A DNA stretch of 20,000 nt, from sequence record DRR378314_445; one strand, given 5' to 3'. Shown in pieces: positions 1-10,370 of this stretch; the stretch's first letter is position 1; each line of letters opens with the position of its first letter. The position numbers were made by a program, and so were the translations under genes. Below the pieces are notes generated by a model that saw nothing but the letters and a program-made list of their open reading frames with translations, was not told the DNA's origin and ran no database searches.

Positions 1-574
1 AATTTCTTTGGGTATTCGTACCCAGTTGTTCACCAATGGCCTGTATTAACGGTCTTAGAGTTGGAGTAACTTCACTGGCTATAGCCGGGTGGTCGGGAAT
101 AATACCCTGCTCTCCGGGAGGCAGGGTCAACTGACGGTAGAAGTTTGCATCCAGATAGTCATGCCAGCGTTCGTTATAGTAATCACGCAAACGCCTTTTG
201 TAGTCGTTAAACTGTTGCTGTTTTTGTGCTGTTCTGGCGTTTGCCGTAACTAACTCAACGGACTGCTGGCGCGGAGTTAAACGAGCCTGAATGCCTTGCC
301 ACTGCTGTTGCTTAATGTAACGGTTGAGTTGATGTGCCAGTTCGCGTTGACTGCGTTCACGATTAAACCCGCGATAACGCTTAAGCGGTTGTAAGAACTC
401 TTTTTTATCGACCTGAAAACTGAATGACTGTTGACGGTCATCGAAATCGCGCCACTGGTAAGAAAAAACAAGTTGTTCGTTATCGGTTTCATTAAGCTGG
501 AAAAAGTTTTGGCTGTAGGCGACAGAGGGGATGACAAAGAGTAACCAGACAACAGCACAGAGTTTATGTGTCAT
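1..574 (-). CDS. Secreted/periplasmic hypothetical protein, 3' end truncated by the window edge (at least 191 aa)
   Basis: Manual translation from ATG at 574 (GGGAG RBS just upstream) gives MTHKLCAVVWLLFVIPSVAYS-QNFFQLNETDNEQLVFSYQWRDFDDRQQSFSFQVDKKEF...YLDANFYRQLTLPPGEQGIIPDHPAIASEVTPTLRPLIQAIGEQLGTNTQRN with no stop down to base 1. It has a Sec-type signal peptide (AYS|Q). It is not in the ORF track, presumably because there is no stop in the window. Confidence 0.85.
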   Translation of the reverse strand, partial: MTHKLCAVVWLLFVIPSVAYSQNFFQLNETDNEQLVFSYQWRDFDDRQQSFSFQVDKKEFLQPLKRYRGFNRERSQRELAHQLNRYIKQQQWQGIQARLTPRQQSVELVTANARTAQKQQQFNDYKRRLRDYYNERWHDYLDANFYRQLTLPPGEQGIIPDHPAIASEVTPTLRPLIQAIGEQLGTNTQRN

Positions 575-595
575 TCTGGTTACTCCCGTTAATTT

Positions 596-886
596 CTAGA
601 ACTTCATTTCTGTAATAGGACTGTCTTCAAATTTAAGGTCAACTTGATACTCGACGCCACCGGCACGAACAAAAAAGTAGGTTTTATCTTTTTTAAAGAC
701 TTCCTGCAGCGTTACAATCCGGAAACCCGGGCGACGCTCAGCCGACATGTCCGTTAATTCTACAGAGCCGCGCGAAACCAATATGTTTTGGTAACGAGGA
801 CCAGTAATTAAAAGCAGTTTTTTATTTTCATCTTTCAGTAAAATGGTGTTACCTGTTACTGAATAGGGTTCTTCATTACCAAACAA
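596..886 (-). CDS. Small hypothetical protein (96 aa, TTG start)
   Basis: AGGAG RBS 6 nt before the TTG. It fills the gap between ruvX and the next minus-strand gene with short spacers. No family recognised. Confidence 0.7.
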   Translation of the reverse strand: MFGNEEPYSVTGNTILLKDENKKLLLITGPRYQNILVSRGSVELTDMSAERRPGFRIVTLQEVFKKDKTYFFVRAGGVEYQVDLKFEDSPITEMKF

Positions 887-923
887 GGCCAGCTCCTATC
901 GCTTTAACTTATTACTGACGACA

Positions 924-1358
924 CTATAACGAATTATCGCTTTTTGGCAAATAACCGTTCATAAAATCTTCAACAATAATTAATGCAGCCTGACTATCAA
1001 CCGCACCTTTTTTCAGTTTACGAAAGCCTCCTTCAGCAAACAGGCTTTCTCGTGCCGAGGTCGAAGTCAGGCGTTCGTCCTGAAATGCTACGGGTAAACC
1101 GAAGCGCCCATGTAAACGGTTACCAAACTTTTTGGCTCTTTGAGTTAGCGGCTGTTCGGTGCCATCCATATTTAAGGGCAGACCCACTACCAACTGTTCG
1201 GGTTGCCATTCGGCAAACAGCTTTTCAATCAGTTGCCAGTCGGGAATGCCTTCTTTGGCCTTAATAGCTGCTAAAGGCGATGCGGTTGCTGTTATGGTCT
1301 GGCCCACCGCAACGCCAATACTTTTGGTGCCAAAGTCAAAGCCTATTACTGTGCTCAT
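924..1358 (-). CDS. ruvX: YqgF/RuvX pre-16S rRNA nuclease (RNase H fold, 'Holliday junction resolvase-like')
   Basis: [35 protein letters not shown] and VDSQAA motifs. The true start is 1358, in an ATGA overlap with the yqgE stop. Confidence 0.95.
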   Translation of the reverse strand: MSTVIGFDFGTKSIGVAVGQTITATASPLAAIKAKEGIPDWQLIEKLFAEWQPEQLVVGLPLNMDGTEQPLTQRAKKFGNRLHGRFGLPVAFQDERLTSTSARESLFAEGGFRKLKKGAVDSQAALIIVEDFMNGYLPKSDNSL

Positions 1359-1912
1359 GCGTGTCCTACATCCGGCCCCAGTTGCCACACGTCAAACCCC
1401 AGTTGTTCGGTGGCTTTTTGCCAACGCTCGGAGGGTGGTGTATTGAACAGCAGCTCCGGGTCTGCCGGAATAGCCAGCCAGGAATTTTCCCCTAGCTCCT
1501 CTTCCAGTTGTCCTGCCTCCCAACCTGCGTAGCCTAAAGTCAGAAGAAACTGCGGTGGCGCAGCAGATGACCCAAGAGCTTCCAGAATATCGCGCGAGGT
1601 GGTCACCATAATATCGTCACTCATCTTCTGGCTGGCGCGCCAATTGTCCTGCGGAGGGTGGATCACAAAGCCACGCTCACGGCCTACAGGCCCGCCCTGA
1701 TAAACGCTGCCCTGTAAGTGCTGGTTATTTTCCGGGTAAACAATTTCCAGTTTATCCAGCAGCGAGGTTACGCTTAAATCGGCCGGCTGATTAATAACTA
1801 AGCCCATAGCGCCTTCTTCATTGTGCTCGCAGATATAGGTCACGGTCCGTTTAAACATTGGATCGTTCAGCATAGGTGTTGCTATCAATAAATGGTTCTG
1901 CAAACTGTTCAT
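1355..1912 (-). CDS. yqgE: YqgE/AlgH family protein (UPF0301)
   Basis: [36 protein letters not shown] and [18 protein letters not shown] motifs; AAGGAG RBS; canonical gshB-yqgE-yqgF order. Confidence 0.95.
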   Translation of the reverse strand: MNSLQNHLLIATPMLNDPMFKRTVTYICEHNEEGAMGLVINQPADLSVTSLLDKLEIVYPENNQHLQGSVYQGGPVGRERGFVIHPPQDNWRASQKMSDDIMVTTSRDILEALGSSAAPPQFLLTLGYAGWEAGQLEEELGENSWLAIPADPELLFNTPPSERWQKATEQLGFDVWQLGPDVGHA

Positions 1913-1972
1913 CGATTCACCGACTCCTTAACGATAATCTCTACTTACAACATGGGGGCGCATAGTTGAATT

Positions 1973-2917
1973 TCAATTCAGTTTTGCTTCTATTGCCTTA
2001 AAGACCTGTTCAGCAATATTAATGTCGTAGGCGTTTTCAATTTCGCGCATGCAGGTTGGGCTGGTCACATTTATTTCCGTAATGCGATCACCAATAACGT
2101 CCAGGCCAACAATAATGAGCCCACGCTTTTTCAGTTCCGGTGCCACTTTACGAGCCAGAGCCCAGTCACTGTCCGATAAAGGCTGAGCGCGGCCGCTGCC
2201 TCCGGCGGCAAGGTTTCCACGGGTTTCTCCGGCGCTGGGAATACGCGCTAAAGAATAAGGCACAGGCTCACCATCAATAATTAAAATGCGCTTGTCGCCG
2301 TCTTTAATCTCTGGCAAGTACTTTTGCACCATGGCGTAGCGCTGACCTTTCTCAGTCAGAGTTTCAATAATAACGCCTAAGTTACTGCCATCGGCGCCCA
2401 CTTTAAAAATTGAAGCGCCACCCATACCGTCCAGCGGTTTTAAAATCACCTCACCATGCTTTTTATGGAAAGCTTTAATGACATCCGCTCTGGAACTCAC
2501 TAGCGTGTCGGCAATAGAATCCGCGAACCACGAAGTAAAGAGTTTTTCGTTGCAGTCACGCAGGCTCTGCGGTTTATTCACCACCAGGCTACCGCGTTGC
2601 TCGGCCAGTTCCAGAATTTGCGTGGCGTATAAAAACTCGCTGTCAAAGGGGGGATCTTTACGCATCATAATGACGTCAAAATCCTCCAGCGGACGGTATT
2701 CACTGTCGCTTAAGCTGTAAAAGTCCGTCTTTTGATCTTGAACGCGAACTTCCCGTGCAAAGGCCATTGGTTGACCGTTATCAATAACTAAGTCGCCCAT
2801 TTCCAGATAGAAACACTGATAACCACGCGCCTGAGCTTCCAACAATAAACGAAAGCTCGTGTCTTTTTCGGTTTTAACGGTGGCGATAGGGTCCATCACC
2901 ATAGCTAACTTCTTCAT
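1973..2917 (-). CDS. gshB: Glutathione synthetase
   Basis: MDPI..KDTS, MRKDPPFD, KPLDGMGG, GDKRI, ETRGNLAAGG and EINVTSPT motifs; AAGGAG RBS. Confidence 0.97.
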   Translation of the reverse strand: MKKLAMVMDPIATVKTEKDTSFRLLLEAQARGYQCFYLEMGDLVIDNGQPMAFAREVRVQDQKTDFYSLSDSEYRPLEDFDVIMMRKDPPFDSEFLYATQILELAEQRGSLVVNKPQSLRDCNEKLFTSWFADSIADTLVSSRADVIKAFHKKHGEVILKPLDGMGGASIFKVGADGSNLGVIIETLTEKGQRYAMVQKYLPEIKDGDKRILIIDGEPVPYSLARIPSAGETRGNLAAGGSGRAQPLSDSDWALARKVAPELKKRGLIIVGLDVIGDRITEINVTSPTCMREIENAYDINIAEQVFKAIEAKLN

Positions 2918-2927
2918 GTAAACTCCT

Positions 2928-3659
2928 TTAGCTTAAGTCGCCAAACTGGTACTGCACGGCGGTTAGCGCTGAAAGCGCGGCGGTCTCTGTTCTTAGTACT
3001 CTTGGCCCTAAACGCATGGGGTTAAACCCTTGTTGCTCGGCGGCACCGACTTCAGTATCAGTGAATCCGCCCTCTGGACCAATCAATAATTGTATTCCTT
3101 TATCGGCCTGCTGGAATGACGACAACGGCTGGGTGGCGGTTGGGTCTAAGGTTAGGCGCAACCCTTCAAAGCTGCTTTCAATAAACTCAGTGAGTTGCTG
3201 TGCTGGCCTTACTTGTGGAACCACACTACGGCCACATTGCTCGCAGGCAGAATGGACAATTTTCTGCCATTGCAGCTGTTTCTTCTCCAGCCTGTCGCCA
3301 CTTAATTTAACACCGCAGCGCTCACTAAACAGTGGGGTAATTTCGGTTACCCCCAGTTCTACCGACTTTTGCAGTACAAAGTCCATACGGTCACCGCGCG
3401 AAACAACTTGTGCTAAATGAACATTGACCGATGACTCAGTTGCGTTAGCCTGACTGTGGGTGGCAATAAACTGTGCTGATTTTTTTTGAACCGAGGTAAT
3501 TTTCGCCTCATAGTTCTGCCCGTCACCGTTAAATAAAACAATGCTATCACCTACGTTCAAACGCAATACTTTGATCAGGTGCTGGAAAGCATCCGGACTC
3601 AATTTGGTTTCAGTTTGTAAGCTTATAGAGGCGGGGTGATAAATCCGCGGTACTCGCAT
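2928..3659 (-). CDS. rsmE: 16S rRNA m3U1498 methyltransferase RsmE
   Basis: MRVPRIY start (ATG at 3659, TAAGG upstream), HLIKVLRL, QKSVELGV, ACEQCGR, LLIGPEGGF and LGPRVLRTETA SPOUT motifs. Confidence 0.96.
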   Translation of the reverse strand: MRVPRIYHPASISLQTETKLSPDAFQHLIKVLRLNVGDSIVLFNGDGQNYEAKITSVQKKSAQFIATHSQANATESSVNVHLAQVVSRGDRMDFVLQKSVELGVTEITPLFSERCGVKLSGDRLEKKQLQWQKIVHSACEQCGRSVVPQVRPAQQLTEFIESSFEGLRLTLDPTATQPLSSFQQADKGIQLLIGPEGGFTDTEVGAAEQQGFNPMRLGPRVLRTETAALSALTAVQYQFGDLS

Positions 3660-3675
3660 GTCGTCAGCCTTATTC

Positions 3676-3699
3676 GGACTTTTAGACGTCCAGAAGTAG
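3676..3699. promoter_or_regulatory. MetJ operator: three tandem Met boxes
   Basis: GGACTTTT / AGACGTCC / AGAAGTAG in 8-bp register match the AGACGTCT consensus at 5/8, 7/8 and 5/8. They lie upstream of metK, a classic MetJ target. Confidence 0.8.
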
Positions 3700-3774
3700 A
3701 AAAAAACAGAGTGATCGGTTACATTATGCAACCAGTATTAAACGATTTCATTAAAATTAAGGAATAGTGGGCAT

Positions 3775-4920
3775 ATGTCACGTCACCTGTTTACCTCAGA
3801 GTCAGTGTCCGAAGGGCATCCGGACAAAATTGCCGACCAGATATCCGATGCAGTTTTAGATGCAATTTTAGCAAAAGATCCTAAAGCCCGTGTTGCTTGT
3901 GAGACCTACGTGAAAACCGGCATGGTACTGGTTGGTGGTGAAATTTCGACAAAGGCCTGGGTTGATGTCGAAGACTTGGCGCGTCAAACCGTAAAAGATA
4001 TTGGTTACCGACACTCTGACATGGGTTTTGATGGTGCTTCGTGTGCTGTCTTAAATGCCATTGGTAAGCAAAGTGGTGATATCAATCAGGGCGTTGACCG
4101 TGCTAACCCGGAAGAGCAGGGCGCCGGTGATCAGGGCTTAATGTTTGGTTATGCCTCAAACGAAACCTCAGTTTTAATGCCGGCTCCTATTACTTACGCG
4201 CACCGGGTTATGCAGCGTCAGTCGGAAGTACGCAATAACGGTACACTGGACTGGTTGCGTCCGGACGCGAAAAGTCAGCTGACCTTCGTTTATGAAAACG
4301 GTAAGCCAGTCGCCATTGATACAGTCGTGCTCTCCACTCAGCACCGAGAAGACATTACTCAGGAAACGCTGCGCGAAGCGGTGATGGAAGAAATTATCAA
4401 GCCTGTATTGCCGGAGCAATGGGTTTCAAAAGACACGCAGTTTCACATTAACCCAACCGGCCGTTTTGTGGTCGGCGGGCCTATGGGTGACTGCGGCCTG
4501 ACCGGGCGTAAGATTATTGTCGATACCTATGGCGGCATGGCTCGTCATGGCGGCGGCGCCTTCTCGGGTAAAGACCCGTCAAAAGTTGACCGCAGCGCAG
4601 CTTATGCCGCGCGTTATGTTGCTAAGAACCTGGTCGCTGCGGGTCTGGCTGAACGTTGTGAACTGCAAATTTCCTATGCTATTGGTGTGGCTGAGCCAAC
4701 CTCTATTAGCATCGACACCTTTGGTACGTCTAAGCACTCAGAAGAGCAATTAATTGCGCTGGTTCGTCGTCATTTTGACTTGCGTCCATACGGATTAATC
4801 AAAATGCTTGACCTGGAACGCCCAATCTATAAACAGACAGCGGCATACGGGCATTTTGGCCGGGACAACCTGCCGTGGGAACAAACCGACAAAGCTGCCG
4901 ATTTACAGGCTGATATTTAA
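3775..4920 (+). CDS. metK: S-adenosylmethionine synthetase
   Basis: [49 protein letters not shown] and TAAYGHFG motifs. Confidence 0.98.
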
Positions 4921-4940
4921 ACAAAATATTGCCTATAAAT

Positions 4941-4969
4941 TTGCTTGTACCCCCTGAAATGTGGAGAAT
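4941..4969 (+). promoter_or_regulatory. Candidate sigma70 promoter for tkt
   Basis: TTGCTT (4941-4946), 17 bp spacer, GAGAAT (4964-4969), about 40 nt upstream of the tkt ATG. Confidence 0.4.
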
Positions 4970-5011
4970 ACGCGCATCGCAAGTTGCTCTTCATCTTCCA
5001 GGGGGTTTTTC

Positions 5012-7012
5012 ATGTCAGAACGTCAATATCTCGCCAATGCCATCCGCGCGCTTAGTATGGATGCGGTTCAGAAGGCCAAGTCAGGCCACCCCGGAGCGCC
5101 CATGGGTATGGCGGATATCGCAGAAGTTCTCTGGCGTGATTATTTAAAACATAACCCTCATAACCCAGGCTGGGCTGATCGCGACCGTTTTGTGTTATCG
5201 AACGGACACGGGTCAATGCTAATTTATTCGCTATTGCATCTGTCCGGTTATGACCTGAGCATTGAAGACATTAAACAATTCCGTCAGTTAGACTCAAAAA
5301 CCCCGGGTCACCCTGAATACGGCTACACCCCTGGTGTAGAAACCACTACCGGGCCGCTGGGCCAGGGACTTGCAAATGCCGTGGGTATGGCGCTGGCCGA
5401 GAAAGTACTGGCTGCGCAATTTAACCGCGACAACCATGAAATTGTTGATCACCACACCTACACTTTCCTGGGCGACGGCTGTTTGATGGAAGGCATTTCG
5501 CACGAAGTTTGCTCTCTGGCCGGCACTTTAGGCTTAGGTAAGCTCATTGCCTTTTACGATGACAACGGCATTTCCATTGACGGCGAAGTAGAAGGTTGGT
5601 TTACCGACGATACCGCAAAACGTTTTGAGTCTTACGGCTGGCACGTAATTAATAAAGTTGATGGACACGATTCAGCTGCCATAACCCGTGCGATTGATGA
5701 AGCCCGTGCGAATGACGACAAACCGACTCTTATTATCTGCAAAACGGTAATTGGCTATGGCGCACCGAACAAACAAGGTTCTGAAAGCTGCCATGGTGCC
5801 CCGCTGGGGGACGACGAAATTGTTGCTGCGCGTAAGCAATTGAACTGGCCGCACCAAGCCTTTGAAGTACCGGCCGATGTTTACCAAAAATGGTCTGCGG
5901 TGGATAAAGGCGCAGCAGTTGAGTCCTCCTGGAATAAGCGCTGGGTTGCGTATGAGCAGGAATATCCGCAGCTGGCAAAAGAACTGAAGCGTCGCTTAAA
6001 CGGCGAACTGCCTGAAGGGTTTGAGAATACGGTGCACAATTACGCGAAGCAGTTACAGAGCAGCCCTGAAGCGGTAGCGACTCGAAAAGCCTCACTGAAC
6101 GTACTGAATGAATTCGGTCCTAAACTACCGGAACTGCTAGGCGGCTCCGCCGACTTAGCTGGCTCAAACTTAACCTTATGGAACGACGCAAAAGGTATTA
6201 CCGCCGATGACGCCAGTGGTAACTATGTGTTCTACGGAGTCCGCGAGTTTGGCATGTCTGCCATAATGAATGGCGTTACTTTGCACGGCGGCTTTAAAGC
6301 CTATGGCGCTACCTTCCTGATGTTTATGGAATACGCGCGCAACGCCGTGCGTATGTCTGCGCTTATGAAGCAGCCCAGTATTTTTGTTTACACTCACGAC
6401 TCTATAGGCTTGGGTGAAGACGGGCCGACGCACCAGCCGGTCGAGCAACTGGCTAATTTGCGTCAAACACCAAACCTGCAGTGCTGGCGTCCGTGCGACC
6501 AGGTTGAAACAGCCGTAGCCTGGGGAGCTGCAGTACAAAGCAATAAAACTCCGTCTGCTTTAGTGTTTAGCCGTCAGGGCATGCAACAGCAAGAGCGCAA
6601 TGACGACCAGTTAACGAACATTGCCCGGGGCGGTTATGTGCTGAAAGATAGTGACGGCGAGCCGGACGTTATTCTAATTGCAACAGGCTCTGAAGTTGAT
6701 TTAGCCGTTAACGCCTTTGAGCAACTGACTGAAGAGGGGCACAAGGTGCGCGTTGTTTCTATGCCATCGACCAACGTGTTTGATATTCAGGATATTGAAT
6801 ACAAAGAGTCGGTACTGCCATCCAGCGTGACTCGCCGCGTTGCCGTTGAAGCTGGTATTGCCGACTTCTGGTACAAATACGTTGGGCTTAATGGTGAAGT
6901 CGTTGGCATGACAACCTTTGGTGAATCTGCTCCGGCCGGCGACTTGTACAAACACTTTGGCATTACCACAGAAAACACCGTGGCTGCCGCTAAACGTTTG
7001 TTGGGAGCTTAA
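5012..7012 (+). CDS. tkt: Transketolase
   Basis: [32 protein letters not shown] start (ATG at 5012 after AGGGGG), GDGCLMEG ThDP motif and [16 protein letters not shown]. Confidence 0.98.
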   Translation: MSERQYLANAIRALSMDAVQKAKSGHPGAPMGMADIAEVLWRDYLKHNPHNPGWADRDRFVLSNGHGSMLIYSLLHLSGYDLSIEDIKQFRQLDSKTPGHPEYGYTPGVETTTGPLGQGLANAVGMALAEKVLAAQFNRDNHEIVDHHTYTFLGDGCLMEGISHEVCSLAGTLGLGKLIAFYDDNGISIDGEVEGWFTDDTAKRFESYGWHVINKVDGHDSAAITRAIDEARANDDKPTLIICKTVIGYGAPNKQGSESCHGAPLGDDEIVAARKQLNWPHQAFEVPADVYQKWSAVDKGAAVESSWNKRWVAYEQEYPQLAKELKRRLNGELPEGFENTVHNYAKQLQSSPEAVATRKASLNVLNEFGPKLPELLGGSADLAGSNLTLWNDAKGITADDASGNYVFYGVREFGMSAIMNGVTLHGGFKAYGATFLMFMEYARNAVRMSALMKQPSIFVYTHDSIGLGEDGPTHQPVEQLANLRQTPNLQCWRPCDQVETAVAWGAAVQSNKTPSALVFSRQGMQQQERNDDQLTNIARGGYVLKDSDGEPDVILIATGSEVDLAVNAFEQLTEEGHKVRVVSMPSTNVFDIQDIEYKESVLPSSVTRRVAVEAGIADFWYKYVGLNGEVVGMTTFGESAPAGDLYKHFGITTENTVAAAKRLLGA

Positions 7013-8038
7013 ATGAGCGAACCGGCTCGTATTGCGATTAATGGTTTCGGCCGCATTGGCCGGAGCTTTTTGCGTGCGCTATACGAAAACGGCTATCGCG
7101 ACAGCGTACAGGTAGTGCTTATTAACGAACCTGCAGCGTCGGAAGCGATAGCGCATTTGCTTAAATACGACTCAAGCCACGGTCGTTTTGGAGAAAAGGT
7201 AACACAGTCGGGCGATGCGCTGACGGTTGCCGGAGATGATATCGCTTTAACTCATCAGACCGAGATTGAAGCCATTGACTGGCGCGCTCATGAGGTCGAT
7301 TTTGTTGTTGATTGTACCGGTGTATTTGGCAGTCAGGCCGACGGTCAGCTTTATCTGCAGCAAGGCGTAAAACGAGTGTTATTTTCTCATCCCGGCAAGC
7401 CGGACGTCGATTTCACCGCAATTTATGGCGTGAATGAAAAAGAGCTCACCGTTGACCATAAAGTGGTATCGAACGGCTCCTGCACAACAAACTGCATTGT
7501 ACCGGTCATTAAAGTACTGGACGATGCGTTTGGTATAGACTCCGGTGCTATTACGACCATTCACTCGGCTATGCACGACCAGCAGGTTATTGATGCATAC
7601 CATCCTGACTTGAGACGGACTCGTGCCGCCGGGCGTTCTATTATTCCGGTGGATACCCGTTTGGCACGCGGTATTGAACGAATACTGCCGCACTTAGAAG
7701 GGCGGTTCGAGGCCATAGCCGTACGCGTGCCTACGACCAATGTTACCGCTATGGATTTAAGCGTTACGCTAAACAGCGACGCCACTATTGAGCAAATTAA
7801 TCAGGTTTTACGTGAGCAGAGCGAGCGACAGCTGGCGGGTATACTGGATTACACCGAAGAGCCTTTAGTCTCAATAGATTTTAACCATGACCCACATTCA
7901 TCCATTGTTGATGGCACGCAAACCCGTGTTAGTCACAAGCGGCTGGTTAAGCTGCTGTGCTGGTGCGACAACGAATGGGGTTTTGCGAATCGCTTGCTGG
8001 ACACAGCAAAAACGATGGCTGAACAAACAGAACATTAA
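7013..8038 (+). CDS. epd: D-erythrose-4-phosphate dehydrogenase
   Basis: GAPDH-family INGFGRIGR and SCTTNC, plus the Epd-specific [23 protein letters not shown] and [11 protein letters not shown]. The ATG directly follows the tkt TAA. Confidence 0.95.
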   Translation: MSEPARIAINGFGRIGRSFLRALYENGYRDSVQVVLINEPAASEAIAHLLKYDSSHGRFGEKVTQSGDALTVAGDDIALTHQTEIEAIDWRAHEVDFVVDCTGVFGSQADGQLYLQQGVKRVLFSHPGKPDVDFTAIYGVNEKELTVDHKVVSNGSCTTNCIVPVIKVLDDAFGIDSGAITTIHSAMHDQQVIDAYHPDLRRTRAAGRSIIPVDTRLARGIERILPHLEGRFEAIAVRVPTTNVTAMDLSVTLNSDATIEQINQVLREQSERQLAGILDYTEEPLVSIDFNHDPHSSIVDGTQTRVSHKRLVKLLCWCDNEWGFANRLLDTAKTMAEQTEH

Positions 8039-8056
8039 GCTTAGAGAGGATATCGC

Positions 8057-9238
8057 ATGTCTGTCATTGCTATGACTGATTTGGATTTAAGTAACAAGCG
8101 AGTACTTATTCGGGAAGATTTAAACGTTCCGGTTAAAAACGGAAAAGTCACTTCCGACGCGCGTTTAAAAGCCGCACTGCCCAGCATTCAGCAAGCGTTG
8201 ACAGCTGGCGCTAAAGTCATGGTTATGTCTCATCTGGGTCGCCCAACCGAAGGCGAGTACGACGAAGAGTTTTCGCTGCAGCCTGTTGTTGATTACTTAC
8301 AAGAGGTGCTGGATTGCCCGGTACGCTTATGTAAAGACTACCTCGACGGTATTGAACTAAAGGCCGGAGAACTGGTAGTTTTTGAGAATGTCCGCTTTAA
8401 TGTTGGCGAAAAGAAGAATAATGACGAGCTTGCTAAAAAATTAGCCAGCTTATGTGATGTCTATGTAATGGACGCGTTTGGTACCGCACATCGCGCTCAG
8501 GCATCCACTCATGGTGTGGCTAAATACGCCCCCGTTGCCTGCGCAGGGCCTTTGCTGGCCGGCGAATTAGAAGCTTTAGGCAAAGCACTGGAAAATCCGA
8601 AGCGCCCGTTAGTGGCTATTGTCGGCGGTTCTAAAGTATCGACAAAACTGACGGTATTAGAGTCCTTGTCCGGTGTTGTTGACCAGTTAATTGTGGGCGG
8701 CGGTATTGCGAACACTTTTGTTGCGGCGGCAGGCCATAATGTGGGTAAGTCGCTTTACGAAGCGGATTTAACCGACGAAGCTAATCGTTTAATGGCGCAG
8801 GCAAAAGCTAAAGGCGGCGACATTCCATTACCTGTCGATGTAGTAACAGGTAAAGAGTTCAGCGCAGAAGCCAAGGCAGAGACTAAAGCCGTTAATGCTG
8901 TTGCTGACGACGATATGATTTTTGATATTGGCCCTGACACCGCAGAGCAATTAGCGGCTATGCTGAAAAACGCAGGAACCATTGTCTGGAACGGGCCGGT
9001 AGGTGTTTTTGAATTTGAGCAATTTGGGCATGGTACAAAAACCATAGCCGAAGCGATTGCGCAAAGCGATGCGTTTTCAATTGCCGGAGGTGGCGACACT
9101 TTAGCAGCAATTGATCAATACGCTATCGCTGATAAGATTAGTTATATCTCGACAGGTGGTGGGGCATTCCTTGAATTCCTCGAAGGTAAAACATTACCAG
9201 CCGTTGCTATTTTACAAGAACGGGCTAACGACGCCTGA
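8057..9238 (+). CDS. pgk: Phosphoglycerate kinase
   Basis: [39 protein letters not shown] and STGGGAFLE motifs; GAGG RBS. Confidence 0.98.
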   Translation: MSVIAMTDLDLSNKRVLIREDLNVPVKNGKVTSDARLKAALPSIQQALTAGAKVMVMSHLGRPTEGEYDEEFSLQPVVDYLQEVLDCPVRLCKDYLDGIELKAGELVVFENVRFNVGEKKNNDELAKKLASLCDVYVMDAFGTAHRAQASTHGVAKYAPVACAGPLLAGELEALGKALENPKRPLVAIVGGSKVSTKLTVLESLSGVVDQLIVGGGIANTFVAAAGHNVGKSLYEADLTDEANRLMAQAKAKGGDIPLPVDVVTGKEFSAEAKAETKAVNAVADDDMIFDIGPDTAEQLAAMLKNAGTIVWNGPVGVFEFEQFGHGTKTIAEAIAQSDAFSIAGGGDTLAAIDQYAIADKISYISTGGGAFLEFLEGKTLPAVAILQERANDA

Positions 9239-9268
9239 ACACAAGCTTTTTAATTAAGGAGTATTTTT

Positions 9269-10333
9269 ATGGCCCTGGTGTCATTACGACAGTTATTAGA
9301 CCATGCCGCAGAACACGATTACGGCGTACCGGCGTTTAACGTCAACAACTTAGAGCAAATGCGCGCAATTATGCAAGCCGCCGATGCCACTGACAGCCCG
9401 GTTATCGTGCAGGCCTCAGCTGGTGCTCGTAAGTACGCCGGGGCACCATTCCTGCGCCACTTAATTCAGGCTGCGGTTGAAGAATGGCCCCATATTCCGG
9501 TGGTTGTTCACCAGGATCACGGTACTTCTCCGGCGGTATGTCAGCGTTCTATTCAACTGGGCTTTAGCTCGGTAATGATGGACGGCTCATTGCTGGACGA
9601 TGGCAAAACGCCTGCAGAGTACGATTACAATGTAAAAGTAACCAGACAAACCGTAGAAATGGCACACGCTTGTGGGGTTTCTGTTGAAGGCGAATTAGGT
9701 TGTCTGGGCTCACTGGAAACCGGTGAAGCTGGTGAAGAAGACGGTGTTGGTGCTGAAGGTAAGTTGTCACACGAACAGCTACTGACGGACCCTGAAGAGG
9801 CGGCGGAATTTGTTAAAGCAACAAACGTTGATGCCCTGGCAATTGCCTGTGGTACGTCGCACGGTGCTTACAAGTTTACTCGTCCACCAACAGGCGATAT
9901 TTTAGCCATTGACCGCATTAAAGAGATTCATCGTCGCATTCCGGGTACACACTTAGTTATGCATGGCTCATCATCTGTACCGCAGGAATGGCTGAAAATT
10001 ATTAACGAATTTGGCGGCGAAATTCCGGAAACCTATGGTGTACCGGTTGAACAAATTCAGGAAGGTATCAAACATGGTGTGCGTAAAGTGAACATCGATA
10101 CCGATTTACGTTTGGCTTCAACGGGGGCTATTCGTCGTCATTTGGCCGAGAATCCGTCAAACTTTGATCCGCGCAAATTCTTTACCGCGGCAACTAAAGC
10201 GATGGAAGACATTTGTCGCGCGCGCTATGAAGCCTTTGGTTGTGCGGGTATGGCGAGTAAAATAAAGCCAATTAATTTAGAAACAATGTTTCAGCGTTAC
10301 GAAAACGGCGAATTAGACGCCATAGTTAAGTAA
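9269..10333 (+). CDS. fba: Class II fructose-bisphosphate aldolase (CbbA/Calvin-cycle subtype)
   Basis: [38 protein letters not shown] and KVNIDTD motifs; AAGGAG RBS. Confidence 0.96.
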   Translation: MALVSLRQLLDHAAEHDYGVPAFNVNNLEQMRAIMQAADATDSPVIVQASAGARKYAGAPFLRHLIQAAVEEWPHIPVVVHQDHGTSPAVCQRSIQLGFSSVMMDGSLLDDGKTPAEYDYNVKVTRQTVEMAHACGVSVEGELGCLGSLETGEAGEEDGVGAEGKLSHEQLLTDPEEAAEFVKATNVDALAIACGTSHGAYKFTRPPTGDILAIDRIKEIHRRIPGTHLVMHGSSSVPQEWLKIINEFGGEIPETYGVPVEQIQEGIKHGVRKVNIDTDLRLASTGAIRRHLAENPSNFDPRKFFTAATKAMEDICRARYEAFGCAGMASKIKPINLETMFQRYENGELDAIVK

Positions 10334-10370
10334 TTAAGAACTTTATAAAAGATACAGATACGAGGTTAGT

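Noticed and set aside
277..558. 93-aa minus-strand ORF in the track
   Set aside because: It is an out-of-frame shadow of the longer signal-peptide ORF starting at 574, which has the RBS.
915..3667. 9-bp inverted repeat (CTGACGACA at 915-923, TGTCGTCAG at 3659-3667) exactly flanking ruvX-yqgE-gshB-rsmE, suggesting an invertible segment
   Set aside because: A 9-bp match is plausible by chance, no recombinase is nearby, and flipping this block would not restore the canonical metK-rsmE order.
3660..3774. SAM riboswitch upstream of metK
   Set aside because: The region is short and AT-rich with no recognisable SAM aptamer, and the Met boxes already explain regulation.
1359..5011. N-terminal extensions given by the track for ruvX (1388), rsmE (3731) and tkt (4961)
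   Set aside because: Family-typical N-termini and RBS or overlap positions support starts at 1358, 3659 and 5012.
9269..10333. Calvin-cycle-subtype aldolase with tkt and pgk, suggesting carbon fixation
   Set aside because: This subtype is the ordinary fba in many heterotrophic proteobacteria, and there is no RuBisCO or phosphoribulokinase gene in the window.
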